From: Bugula neritina
Taxonomy: Eukaryota > Animalia > Bryozoa
DNA: 64,000 bases
Direction: 5' to 3'
Assembly: GCA_964035545.1 (NCBI GenBank)
Contig: OZ037765.1
Coordinates: forward strand, 24,427,504-24,491,503
Made by a program: the position numbers and the translations under genes. Below the pieces are notes generated by a model. The model saw only the letters and a list, made by a program, of their open reading frames with translations, ran no database searches and was not told the origin of the DNA. This document shows, piece after piece, positions 36,801 to 47,790 of the stretch (position 1 is the first letter of the stretch; every line of letters begins with the position of its first letter).

Positions 36801-39800
36801 TTTGCTTCAAAATATGTATTTTGTGTTGAAGCATTGAATAAGTTTTGTGGTTTTCTCATTACTATTACTTACAAAAATTCTATTGGTTTCTCTCCAGCTC
36901 CAATCATGTGGCTGATCACATTAACCTAAACTAATGGTATTTTAGTCAAAACCAATTTTGACGCATTAACGTCAAACTAATGTATATAGATAAAAATCAA
37001 AGGGTTTTAAGTTAATTAACTTCATGCCAGTGAACTACCACAAATTACTTCAGGCTTTAGAAAAGGCTCTTGGTGGGCAATGTTACTTCAATCAAAATCT
37101 TTAATTTCCAAAAATCATCAACGATTTTAGTGGAAATCTGTGATTCATTATAGTTGTTGAAACTATTATTTAGCATTATTAGTACTAGTTGCGAACGCTT
37201 TTAATTGATTAAAAATATGAATTTCAAATTGAATAATTGTATTTAAAATATACTTGTATTTTGTGCATGGATATTACTATACATACTTTTATCGATATGA
37301 AGTTATTTGTATATGGTGTATTGTACAATACAGCAGTGAGTTTTATTACCAATTTTTTAAATCAGTTCTTCACTTTAAGTTATATTTCTTTAGCCAACAG
37401 TGAGGCAAATAGAAAAAGAATACAGTATATTGAACAGTGTTTTGGCAACTCTGGTGAGGTTAGTATTGAATTTCCTCTTTTCATTTCAAGTCAAATGTTT
37501 TTGTAAAATAGGGTAACAAGCCAACTTGTTCACGCATCTATTTTATGTTCTGCTTCAATGATTGTATTTGCTTAATTTTATGCTGCGCTTTGCTATAAGA
37601 TTAATTTGAATAAGTATCTTAAGATAGATGATAACTCTCAGACAACATTTGAAATTTGTCTTTAGTGTGAATATTTTTCTAAAATAATAATTATGGACCA
37701 CAATTACCTTGCAAGTATAAATGTGCAATGTTTATAAAATTAGTTTCATCTCATTAAATTTTTGTAGTCTATTTATTAGACTTTGATATTTCTATTGGGC
37801 TAGACTTTGTTACCAGGATAAAAAGTCACTTGCACATTAACCATAAATTTGTGATGAACTTTCTATTCTTTATATACAAGGAAGTATTACCATACTTTTT
37901 GCTGTGTTATAGTATCTGTTATCAGATGTGTTTTATGTAGCAATAAGTGAAATGAGCTCATATGTTAGTTATTTATTCATGACATCAACTTCTGAATACC
38001 TTGTGATTATTAGTAAACATGTTGTATATGTAGGCCTTTGATTTACTCCAATTATAGTTGTTGACTATTCACTCTTTTAGCCGTTGCTGGTACCTGGGAG
38101 AGTGCTTGTAGGTGAAGGGGTTCTCACAAAACTATGCAGAAAAAAACCAAAGCCTAGACAATTCTTTTTGCTCAACGATGTGTTAGTTTATGGCAACGTA
38201 GTTATTAATAAAAAGAAGGTAGGTTCTACTTCCTTTAGGCACTAATAATTTTAGTGTGACTCAACTGATCACTAGAATACATCTCACTTGAAAAAAGCCA
38301 CATTGACATGTTTTGTTCTGCCATTTTGCTCTGCCAATAATGTCATGATGGAGACAATTTACAGAAATAACATTTGCGTAAAAACTGCAAAACCTGCTAC
38401 TCTTGAAAATTATTTAGATATCAACATAATATGTTTTCAATAATAACAATCCCTACTTGTTGCGGCCTTTTTCACCATCTTCTTATGTAGTAATCTACGC
38501 CACGATTGATTTAATTTTATGTTGATTCCTTTAATGTTTTAAATTGCCTTTTAAGTGGTTTCTTTTTTTAGTGGCAGAGAATTTGAATTGTAATTTTGTT
38601 TCTATTAGTTTATATTTGAGCTGCATTTGCTTGCTTGCTGTTACAGTACAATAGACAGAAAATATTACACTTGGAAAATGTTCGAATACAATCACATCAT
38701 GATATTGGAGAGCTGAAAAATGGTTGGCAAATCTTTAGTCCAAGTAAATCTTTTGTTGTATTTGCGGCCACTGCAACAGAAAAGACGGAATGGATGGCAC
38801 ATATAAATAAATGTGTTCAGGATTTGTTGACTAAGAGTGAGTAGCTTTTATATTCAGTGACTATTTTCAGCTTATGCTTCTAATATAAAGTTGTGTTGTA
38901 CTAATTTTTACCTGGATCATGTCACTGGTTTTTCAATAAAAGTCCATTTTGTTGTTTTGTTGGGTTTTCTGCTATCAAAGATTAATAATTTGATCTTATT
39001 TATGCTATTTCTACTAATTAGATAATAGCGTAACAGTAAGGGTATATATCAACATTTCTTTTATCAAAATATAGGCGGAAAAACTCCCAGCTTAGAAACT
39101 TGCCCTGTTTGGATTCCCGATTCTGAAGCCAACGCGTGCATGATATGCAATACACCCTTCACAATTCTCAATCGCAGAGTTCGTATTTTATTAAACAATA
39201 TTCGAGTTTATATCAGCTATAGCAGTATTGGCTACCATTTTTTTTTGCAGCCATATATATTTTGTAATATGATAATTTTGTGAAAAAGTCCATCAGGCCT
39301 ATTTGTTTATTATGCAAACTGGAACACTTGGCGCCATGTTATTACTATATTATATAATATTGGATACAGGCATTGACATTATAATATATACACTGTATAT
39401 ATAAGTCAATCCGTGAAAAAAAAATCTATTTTGGGATTTTCTCCAAAACGTGGCACAATGATTGATCATAGCAATGCAAGAAACTGATGATTCTATTAAA
39501 GCATAGTTGAAATTTGTACTGATTTAAACTATGCTGAAAGCTGAAACCATTCTAGGAATCACAAACTTTGCATACTGTAAAAAGCTTAGATCGGTGATGT
39601 TAATCTACTACAGAATACCTATTGCTGAGTATCTCTAATGTCTTTTGGTAGCATCACTGCAGGAAGTGTGGGAAGGTAGTCTGTGACGACTGTTCTAAGC
39701 AGAGGTGGTCGTTTCCTCAGCAAGCTAAACAACCCCAGAGGGTCTGTGATAACTGCTTCAAGGAGCTGGAGTCGTCTACACATGGTAAGTTGACACCGTG

Positions 39801-40235
39801 GCTGTTGCTTTATGTTGGTCTAACTTTCCAACCCTTGAGATAACATTCGGCAGCACTTTATTCGGATTTGTTTTTTACAGCTGCCAACAGCGTGTCTAGA
39901 GTTCCCCAAAATGACTCTGACGATTCGGATGACTCTGATGAGGACGATGAACTGCCACCTTCCAATGATGATGAGGTGAGCTGCCTATCCTATGGCATTA
40001 TCACATCATATATTATCATATTACATATTATATATTACATATTATCACATCATATATTATTATATTGGAGTCAACAATGGGTTTTATGGTGTATTGTATT
40101 TACAGGTTGCTAAGCGATTAGAATATAATTTATATAACAATATTGGCTTTTTAAATGGTGTGTCCTTTTGTTGATGTGATGTCTAGTGTCTGAAAATGTT
40201 TGTAGGCACGGTTTTATGATGGGCGTAGGAACTGA
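27808..40235 (+). CDS. PLEKHF2: PH + FYVE domain protein Phafin (exons 27808-27823, 37394-37458, 38081-38218, 38647-38836, 39075-39178, 39652-39784, 39881-39975, 40206-40235)
   Basis: MAERL|ANSEANRKRIQYIEQCFG...GRVLVGEGVLTKLCRKKPKPRQFFL...AATATEKTEWMAHINKC...WIPDSEA..C..C...RR|HHCRKCGKVVC...RVCDNC, with a poly-Asp tail. All junctions GT-AG and in phase. Intron 1 contains the Gypsy element. Confidence 0.93.
28549..28940 (-). repeat. 3' LTR (392 bp)
   Basis: Identical by eye to 36145-36536. AATAAA on the minus strand at 28640-28645. Adjacent G-rich PPT GGGGGGTGTG at 28941-28950. Confidence 0.97.
29234..30703 (-). CDS. Retrotransposon extra ORF (ORF3): putative zinc-finger / leucine-zipper protein, 489 aa from ATG 30703 (frame open from ~30786)
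   Basis: CHECKRKFSSARRLRVHAPQH fits C-x2-C-x3-F-x5-L-x2-H-x3-H. Second finger CPC-x12-H-x4-H. Heptad LAEEVHQLRRQLRRYEEELGQLRRRVSRL. Acidic region DWSLLDLLGSD. No signal peptide or TM segment. ATG in gaaATGG context. Confidence 0.8.
   Translation of the reverse strand: MADRISEDTRSRELSSRNPGEIPTGHATRASAGKTSEARGSAISHSDFTQLARQLQLKLNSDSNTHFDFTTILRTLSAAMGITLPDTQSGISSRLDPPVAESNQTTVDWSLLDLLGSDILGPEAEMDLGDDSAIDTLLNHDVGSVNFCDTPRPSVFNLSPFTPVPNFGDSETGFSQPLLSILEERMDVEEASRSDSPPPPGLASASTSQQAATSSTEVCSAMVGPDPKPVELQLTAGEEQGILHGDHLPAEEDASPILALPRALVARQYWVTGPTNLKIGDACGEPGNRICHECKRKFSSARRLRVHAPQHYINVFCPCGEFSYQRDYVLRHQRIAHCHTGYTFAVDQASFPEFRDLVLPHVADPHKRAALALGFPACRPVREEEGEPAATPQPAATQPLRVMLARVGSGARADSSDLGPRPSAAGEKQTHRQRRPARGTTDRPRHQTSAQLAEEVHQLRRQLRRYEEELGQLRRRVSRLERGRSGDRR
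30526..34075 (-). CDS. pol: Pol: reverse transcriptase, RNase H, integrase
   Basis: RT: WSSPVVLVKKKDGSWRFCVDYR, LPFGL, YLDD. RNase H: LDTDAS, TRKELLAVV, TDH. Integrase: H-x3-H...C-x2-C, VAVD / HTDQG / VERNNR (DDE), GPY motif. Confidence 0.96.
34025..35218 (-). CDS. Protease ORF (aspartic protease plus downstream spacer domain), entered from gag by -1 frameshift
   Basis: FLLDTGCT active site and AILGMPFL motif. The frame is -1 relative to gag and is open from the TTTAAAC heptamer. Confidence 0.9.
   Translation of the reverse strand, partial: FKHPRLTVNSATRGPHANPVRDRTRKTVEETSPESTYIEWHANRRSRRPKGLPDPPALPLDTRMELEETGWQAPRRSRRPQGLPDPPAWPLRNRFAGLPEEVVEEDSAYSQEYPKLPSRPQKTPVVSKTKRRPAVRTQVVSPPETDRSRSTQPYGSSYFLPGKISGKAATFLLDTGCTTNLLSRRLFDTLGARERASLEPYEGAHGTLADGSCIPFYGVISLPGRVRDQAVHETFIVSQLKEDAILGMPFLEKHQCHMDFQKSVVVMAGKELVCVDKFGRPLVGGVQVVRDCTVPGRSQATLRCRVNCKGIAGLGMVEGTHGAIRLANSLNRLDCRQELLVQCINPFTEPVQLSAGALVGKYHSIQEADVGPALETVADNQGNPPSHQTRSSPGASG
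35170..35218 (-). other. Programmed -1 ribosomal frameshift signal (U_UUA_AAC, 6-nt spacer, stem-loop)
   Basis: Gag frame CCT TTA AAC; heptamer at 35218-35212; downstream GGCUCACGGUG-aauuccgc-CAC(C)CGUGGGCC hairpin; the -1 frame continues into the protease. Confidence 0.85.
35194..36093 (-). CDS. gag: Gag (capsid plus CCHC nucleocapsid knuckle), 299 aa
   Basis: PPTFGGDGDVEQFIKEFE...W...LRACLTGRA capsid-type motif; CWECGMPGHVRRHC zinc knuckle. Confidence 0.93.
   Translation of the reverse strand: MAPGDPAPEAAAPPALTIEALVTALQGLRGQGQAAPGDRYRLQPPTFGGDGDVEQFIKEFEDVAATAEWPVRVRVLQLRACLTGRARNFALGPDEAHILRALRARFGLTTEEASDQLQVMRRDRRTSLEDHANEVERLAQAAFGHATGDDRKRLVFNAFFRSVNHPDLQRYWLAAKVKSLDEALEMGKAYFQVEEPRRANYAARQVAGDAEEIPPTPQVAAAATPSPEQTQLNMLMSMMKGLQATVTELQRNQTDRRAPRSRDDPVRPPMPTCWECGMPGHVRRHCPKGQKPLNTRGSR
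36124..36143 (-). other. Primer-binding site complementary to the tRNA-Leu (AAG/UAG) 3' end
   Basis: Plus strand reads GAATCCCACCGCTGCCACCA, the 3' end plus CCA of metazoan tRNA-Leu(AAG/UAG) as recalled; 1 nt inside the 5' LTR boundary. Confidence 0.88.
36145..36536 (-). repeat. 5' LTR (392 bp)
   Basis: TG...CA ends, adjacent to the PBS, identical to 28549-28940. Confidence 0.97.
36294..36327 (-). promoter_or_regulatory. LTR core promoter: TATAAAAG (36327-36320) plus initiator TCAGTC (predicted +1 at 36297)
   Basis: TATA lies 30 nt upstream of the Inr A. The same pair is conserved in the solo LTR (43623-43616 and 43597-43592, 28 nt). Confidence 0.75.
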
Positions 40236-42324
40236 TGGAGGACACTTGAAATGCCACTTGTTTTAGAGATTACGTTTAATTATTGCCATTGATTACTTTT
40301 GTTACATACTGCCCCTTTTTCAGAGTCTATAACATTTTTTACAGTTTAGTACTGCTAAGTTAACTAGTTTTTTATTGGCCGAGTGTCTGAACAAGTTATA
40401 AATTGTAAATAATTGTCTGTGGATTGGCTGGATGGGTGTGATGGAGTTATCTATGAAGCTGATGTTATTTTTTGTTGGCATATGTCTTGGCTTGATCTTG
40501 CAAAAGTTTTATTCTTGTTGATTTATGCTAAATAAATATTCCGGTACATTTGACGTTAATTTTCTATGATATTATGTATATATAATATTATATTTTGTGA
40601 TTTAATTTTCTTTGAATAGCTTTGATCAATAAAAGTATGTATGATTTGGTTAGTAATTTAGAACTACTGAGTACCTTTTATTTTAATTTTTTGGTTTGTT
40701 CTAAGAATTTCAGTCAAATTGAATCAAACGTTCTACAAGATTGCAAGAAACTCTTTACAAAAGCGCATTGGGCACATGTTGGAAGGTTTATTTACACATT
40801 TAATATTGAACACTAATAAAAGTGCCCTTTATAGTAATAAGTGTTTTGTGATTTCTTTTGTGCATTGATCATCAGAAGAAAAGCAATAAATGCAACATTT
40901 CCGTGATAAAAATATGTGATCAAATCAAAGGACCCCAAGAATTTGTAATGCAATCTTCGATTTATACCAAAAACATAAACACAAGGCATCTTACAATCCT
41001 GGTTCTGCTTAATTAAATATGAAACAAGAGTTTTCATTTTTGAAGATAGTGCTCACATCATTCAAACCAAAAACTTAAATTTGTATGCTTCACTATAAAT
41101 TATCTGCATGTGTGCTATCCAGTAGTAAAACTGAAATGGTGGATGTTGTAGAGGAGAAGTGAGTGTTCACCTGTTTGGCAAATAAAAGAAATTTGGTCTC
41201 CTTTTATTCCAATAATTTGATTAGCATGTTCTTTTGCTATAACTTGCATCTAATTGCCTATTTTTAAAACACTTGAAATGTAGACTAGAAAACTTCATTC
41301 AATTATAAGCTATGCCACTGAACTGAAACTGGGTTATTGTTCAATGAGCTATGCTTAGCAATTAATATATAGAGTTATCTTCCCAATAACTGTAACATCT
41401 TCAGCGCTAAAACCCGACAGCCAATTACTTGCAAGACTAGTGCAAAGTGCGTTCTAGTAATGTTTATTCATTGCCAAGCTTAAAATTTTACACCTTGTAG
41501 TTCTAATGCACTGTTGAAGTTTAATTTTTTGTTTGACATTTTCTGTCCGCAATGATTGGTGTTTTAGTTTTATATTTTGATTTGGTAGTACTGTAATAAC
41601 TAAAATATGCATTTTATAACAAATACTTGGCAATCATATTTACGTTGTGCTTTTTTGCCATATAATCGTAATGATACTAACACTATTAGTATTAGTATTA
41701 GTATTAGTATTACTATTACTATCTACTTCCAGTATGACTAATATCAAGTATGAGTATTTGTAAGAGTATCACTGCATATACATAGCGAAGCTAAAGTAAA
41801 AATTTTGTCAGAACCAATTTTAGTTAACCTTTGATTTTAAATTTTAGTTTAAATCAGTAGCTAACCGTTATTACATACTAACAAATAATTTATTTTGCTG
41901 AATCAAATGTAGCACTGCTTTTACTCTATTACTATTAGTATTTGCGAAGAAGACAAATGGATAATGATGCCCCATTCAAGATATTAGACTTAGAGTGATA
42001 TATAAAGCATTTAGTTGCATATTTGATATAACTATTTGTTCTTCATTATTATTTAAATGTGCATTGAAAATTAAAAAACAACTTGTAAAAGTTAAATTAA
42101 TTTACATATACTCTTCGGTCTTTTTGTGCATCACTAGTTCTTCTCTTCCTAAGTCTGATATATATAATATTTTAATTTAAAACTGCTGAAAAAAATATTT
42201 CTAATTTGCTGTTGCATTCTTATTACGTACTTTAGAAAATATTTGTTAGATGGAAAGAAGCTTGCAGGAGAGATATCCTTTTTTGCATAAAGAAAGACTT
42301 TGGAACTGAAATTAGTTTTCTAAT

Positions 42325-45300
42325 ATGGCTCGTGGTCTTCTTGCTGATGACTATTTAGGTAAGGATGAATAACTTCTATATAAAAAAACTTTTTAATTTA
42401 AAGTTTTTAAGCTTATAAGATTAAATTGCAACATTATACTTAAATTTTAAAGATAGCTTTTACATTTTCTTGTACCTTTATCATGTGACATTTTGGTTTA
42501 ATATGTCTACCTGAAAGAACAAAAATATGTATGTGGTACTTTTATGTTAGTTAGAAAAAATAGTTACGAGTGTCATGTATGTAATGTATGTATGTATGTA
42601 ATTAATGGCATGCAAGTGATATATTGTATATTTTTCCAGCATATCACAACATACTGACATATATAGAAGATGCTACAGCTCAATTGCTACGATATAGAGC
42701 TGATATTCAAGCAAAAATAGATGTTAACAAGTTTTTTGCTAGCTAGTAAGTTTTCAGTTGGTTTTTTCGTATTCAGAAATATTGTGTTTTAAACCATTAA
42801 TAATACGTTTTATTGTGTACTCATATAATATGTCGTCAATAGCACAGAAAAATTTTATTCCATGAATAATCAGCGAAATAATTTTTAGAGTTTTTGGGTA
42901 AACAAATTAATATAATACAAATGTTTTTTTGTCCAACATGGCGTTTCTATTGAAATATTTGTTTTTAAATATAGATCTCCATCAATAGAAAATTATAATA
43001 TTTTGTGCTAAGGATTTTCAACTTTACAGCAACAAATCTTTACTGCCATGTTTTTAAATAATCACAAAAGCATCAAGAGTGTTTTTTTTACCAGTTTGTG
43101 GACTGACTGTATAATTATTTAAATATACACCTGTAAACCAAATATATTTGTTACAAAACAAGGTGCTAATTTTTAAAATTTTAATTGCTGATTTTATTTA
43201 AATTAACAAAGTCTAAATGTCATTAAGAAACGTGTTGCATTGAGTCAGCTGTTGTTTAACTTATATTTTAGTTTTACATGTTTAAAAGAGGGGAAGCATG
43301 CAATTTTTCGAGAATTTGAATTTATCAACTCAACTCCATATAACAGAGCTTGCTTTGTTGACACATTTCACAAATGCTTTGCTGCATTAGGAAAGAAAGG
43401 AGGTTGGTAGCGGACTTATTATTGCTAGATTTTTTGAAACAATGTGTAGTAGATTTGTGGGTTATAGAATGAAATCAGGCAGAGAACATAACTCCTTGTT
43501 ATAGAAGAGACAAGAGAGAGAGGTTGCCGTGTGCTTGCAGTACTCTATTATAGTAGAGAGAAGTGTCCAGTGTGAGCTCCAGTCCGCAAGTGACTGAAGC
43601 TCTAAAATGCGTGTCCTTTTATACTGGTAGAACAAAGGACCTCTAGAACCTTCCACCGACAGCGGGCCGATGTTCGGCAGGGGATACCGACATTCGTCAT
43701 GTCGGTAACCGACACTGGAAATATCGGTAACCGACATTCGGTCTGCCTGCATCCACCTGCCGAAATCGGTCCAACTGTCGGTTTACATGAATCAACAAAA
43801 ATGAACCCAACCAAGTGTATGCGTATTGTAACTTGTAATTGGGGGAAAGGGGATTAACTATTTACTATGTTAAAAGCTCAACATTAGCCATAGTGTTTAA
43901 GGTATTAGAAAGTTACGCTACATAATTAGCTATGATTACAGTATTTAGAAAAATAGCCATAAGTAAAGTGTCAAGGGGGATAACTCTTAATATTTACCAC
44001 AAATGTTTGTTGCTGATATATTTTGACAAAAAGGTAATTTGTATATGTTAAACTCAGATTTACTGGCTTAGCCTTTCTGCAAATTCACTGGTAACTTTTT
44101 AGATTTATTTTCATCTATTCTATGTCTTTGGTTCAGCTTTTAACAAAGTATAGAATCATTTCAACATAGATGAAGCTATTTTCATTTATAATTAGAATGT
44201 TTTTTTAAGTGAGCTTGGTCATGTTTATATATAATCTATACATAATATACTTGCACATTGTATGATTTGTTTACAGATTTGCTGGCTATAAGGGACTATT
44301 ATGCTTTAGTCTCTGTATTATGCAGTGATTTTCCATATGAGATGCTTCAGAAAACAGCAAAGATAGTACTCATTGACGATGCCCACGATTGCCTAATATC
44401 ATTTACAGACTTTCTTTATTCTTTTCAACTGCAACTGTATTATCAAGGTAATTCCAAATATTTCATAACATGGTTTTTTAAATCATATGCTTTCATGATA
44501 AGTCCATTATCTGTTGATCAGTTTTTCCCTGCTATTCAGCAAAGGCTTATGATGTATGCAAAAATACATATTATTATGTGGTGCTGATAAATGGTCTTAA
44601 ATGTAAATACAGTATGCATTGAATAACAATCTTTGTTTCCCAAACCTTTGCAATTTTATTGTGAAATTTTGTGTTCCACAGTTTATTGTGTCTTTATTTC
44701 ACAGAGTTCTTGGAAGCTTCTAGCAATACGTACCAGTCGTTACTCACTGAGAGCCACAGCCCACGAGATATTGTTGTCCCTACTGATCACACTACACAAG
44801 TTCATAAGGAGAAACAATTACCAAGCAATTCTACTCTTACAGCTACAGAAGGAGTTGATAGCATGAAATTTTACAAATCACTCAGTCAGCTGATAGATAA
44901 ATACCGATTTAGGTAATTTATATTCTTGTACATGCTTTTCAACCTCAAAACTCTCACAAAACATGAAAGCTACAGGTAAGGTGGAACTAACAGCTACTGT
45001 GTAGAAGTTTCAGAGATACATCTTATTACACACTAAAATATGATGATGTAATAATATTTTATACAGAAAAGTTTAGTATATTTACCTTGTTTGCAGTATC
45101 ACATTACCACTTGCTCTAAGCTAACAAATGTGCAATATGAACAATAACTATATTTTATGTTTCATATTGAAATGTATAAAGATACTGATGACAAACCAAC
45201 TGAAATTTGTTTTTTCATACGAATAATTTAAACTCCATTTTATTAACTTTCCAGCATACCTTCATTAGCAACTCTGAAAGAAATTCTTTCAGCTAGTCCT

Positions 45301-47389
45301 ACAACTACTTTTTATGGCTTTCTGGTTGCACTGTCGAAAAGTGAGGCAATAAATAGTGGAATAGGTAGGTAGCTGTTTATTCTTATTGACATATTCTGCA
45401 TCAGGGTGTTTTTTAATTATTGGGCAAATACTGTTTTTATATATGCTTTGCCGGGCTAAGTTGTATAAATTTGGTATAATAGCCTGTATTTTAAATTCAA
45501 GAAAATCTCAAAACTCTTTTTTATAAAGTTGAAGAGTTAATTTACAGATACAGTTGCCATTGCTTTGCTGTGTTTTTACTAATGTTTAATTTATGTAGGG
45601 TTTATGTCACATCTATTTTGTGCTATCGAATTGTTAGCTTTTGTTTTATTTTTTTAGGAAGATTACCTGCTAGCACAAATATATTTGATGGAGTTGAATC
45701 TTCAAGTTTGTAAGTGTTTCTATGAACTCTGCAAAGTAATTAAACTGCATTGATACTAAATTTGTTCTCCAAGCTGTTCATTTAAAATTCATACATTATA
45801 CTTCCTTTATAACTAGTATGAAGATTTGCGAGTCACTTCAACTGTAGCCATGCAATGCAATTGGTATTATATTGTCTATCTTCTTCAGCACTATTTTATT
45901 TTTCAAGGAGAAAAAAACACTTAGTAGATGTGCATTTTGCTGTTTTTCATAATAAGTCCTATAGTTTCAATGCATCCTGATTAGGGAGAGTGTGTATTGG
46001 CCCATAAAAATGTTTATTCTTTGCTTATATTGGCTAACTATCATTTTATCACTGGACATAAACCATAACACAAAAAAACTAATAGTTTAAAATGATACGA
46101 AGTCTAAGCATGAAAGTTATCTTTAATTATAGACAAACATTTTAGATCAAACACTTTAGCTTCTGCTTCATATCCTTTGAATAGTTTTTTCTAGAAACAC
46201 AGTTTGCACCTCCAATTGTTATCTTCAAAATATAAGCTTGTTGAATTTAGTAGCACCTGTTTTATTTTATGTTTACTACTCTCTAACTTTGAAAAATTTA
46301 TTCCAATAATGCTTCTACTGCTGGTTTATTCTATTAGATGACAATGCTTAATTTTTAGGTGTAAAACTGGCCTTAGCAATTTTATGAAAAATTGACCATT
46401 TTTCCAAAAGATTGCACTATTGCAGCACTAATTTGTCACGTGACTTATAGTGAAATATTTTATTTGAAGTTATTTTATTGATATATTTTATAACAAAGAG
46501 GGACTATATATTATGCAGATATTGAAGATGCAATTGGCCTCAGACTGGTCTGCTGTTTGCATTCACAATTTATTCCAATATAATTTGTTATAGTAGTCAA
46601 ACATCATGAAAAAGGCATGCATCATGGTAAACATCTTATACACAGCTCATTTAATATAGCTATACTTTAGTGGCTAGTTTTACTTCACAATCCTAGAACT
46701 TCACAATAATAGGCTTTACTATAAAGTACTGTTTTACCTTCATTACTGTTTTCTGCTTGCCTTAGTTCAAACTCATTTTTACTTCTTGACCTTTCTTGGC
46801 ATTTTTGTTAAATTGCAAGTAATGAGGACTTTTGATTTTACATTCATTTTTAACTATAGAACATTTACTTACATTTAGAAAAAAGAATTGTGGACAAAAG
46901 CTCTGTGATTAGTATAAAACTAAAATATAGTGGTATTGCACTGTGAATATTTTTTACAGTAAAATTTATTTTACCAAATAATAAAGAATTACCATTGGGC
47001 AAAATAATAGTGTACCTACCCTTACATTATGCATATTATATTTATTTCAGTGAATATTTGATGTTGAAATTTATTTTCTCAAACATTTTTTGACAACTAT
47101 TATAATGAAAACTATAAATATATTAAATGCTGCTATTTATGCAAACAGGTTAAAGGTGCAATCTGTGACAATAACAACAAAGCAAACCGAAGAAAAACCT
47201 TCAGAAGGTGACCAAAAATCTTCAGTCATCCAAGAAAATTTGAAGAAACAAACTCAATCACAGCAAACAAAAAGTGAATCTATGAAAACTGCACCAAAAG
47301 TTTTTACTAAAAAGTCTTCTGAAAGAGCCAGACAGATTTCTACAGAGAGCAGCTCAGATGCTGATTCCTCTGAGAGTGATTCAACTTAG
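42325..47389 (+). CDS. CSTPP1: C11orf49 / CSTPP1 (UPF0705) homolog, multi-exon
   Basis: MARGLLADDYL|..HNILTYIEDA..QLL, H.IFREFEFINSTPYNR, DLLAIRDYY...CSDFPYEMLQKTAKIVLIDDAHDCLISFTDFLYSFQLQLYY|EFLE..., TFYGFLVALSK, acidic C-terminus. Confidence 0.88.
43445..44001 (-). mobile_element. Solo LTR (557 bp) of a related Gypsy family, in a CSTPP1 intron
   Basis: TG...CA ends; TSD AATG (43441-43444, 44002-44005). Termini tgtagtagatttgtgg..gaatgaaa and atttaccaca resemble the full element's LTR. TATA, Inr, hairpin and CCGA-rich box are in the same order. Confidence 0.88.
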
Positions 47390-47790
47390 AATATTTATTA
47401 ACAAGGTTAAATTACTATTGAAAATCTCAAGTGTGTACATATACAAAATATTCATTTCCTTATGCTTTATCAATCATTGATGCATCACTGATGAGTAGCA
47501 CCCTTTTTTGTTTAAAAGTTGATAATCTTGTTACCTTGTTGTTACTTAGACGCTACTTAATTTTTTTATTTGCCAGCACAAGCTAAATATAACATTTGTA
47601 TAAAAATATATGAACGAATATAAATCAATTTAAACTAATATTGGCACTGCATTGCAGTAGGAATAAATAAAACAAAGAATAATAGGACAATTCTATAGGA
47701 GCTGAAAGAAAATATGAAAAGTGAATGGTTAAATCAAGGTTTTGAGACCAAAACACAGAGTATATTATACATAGTGCATTACTTGAAGTT

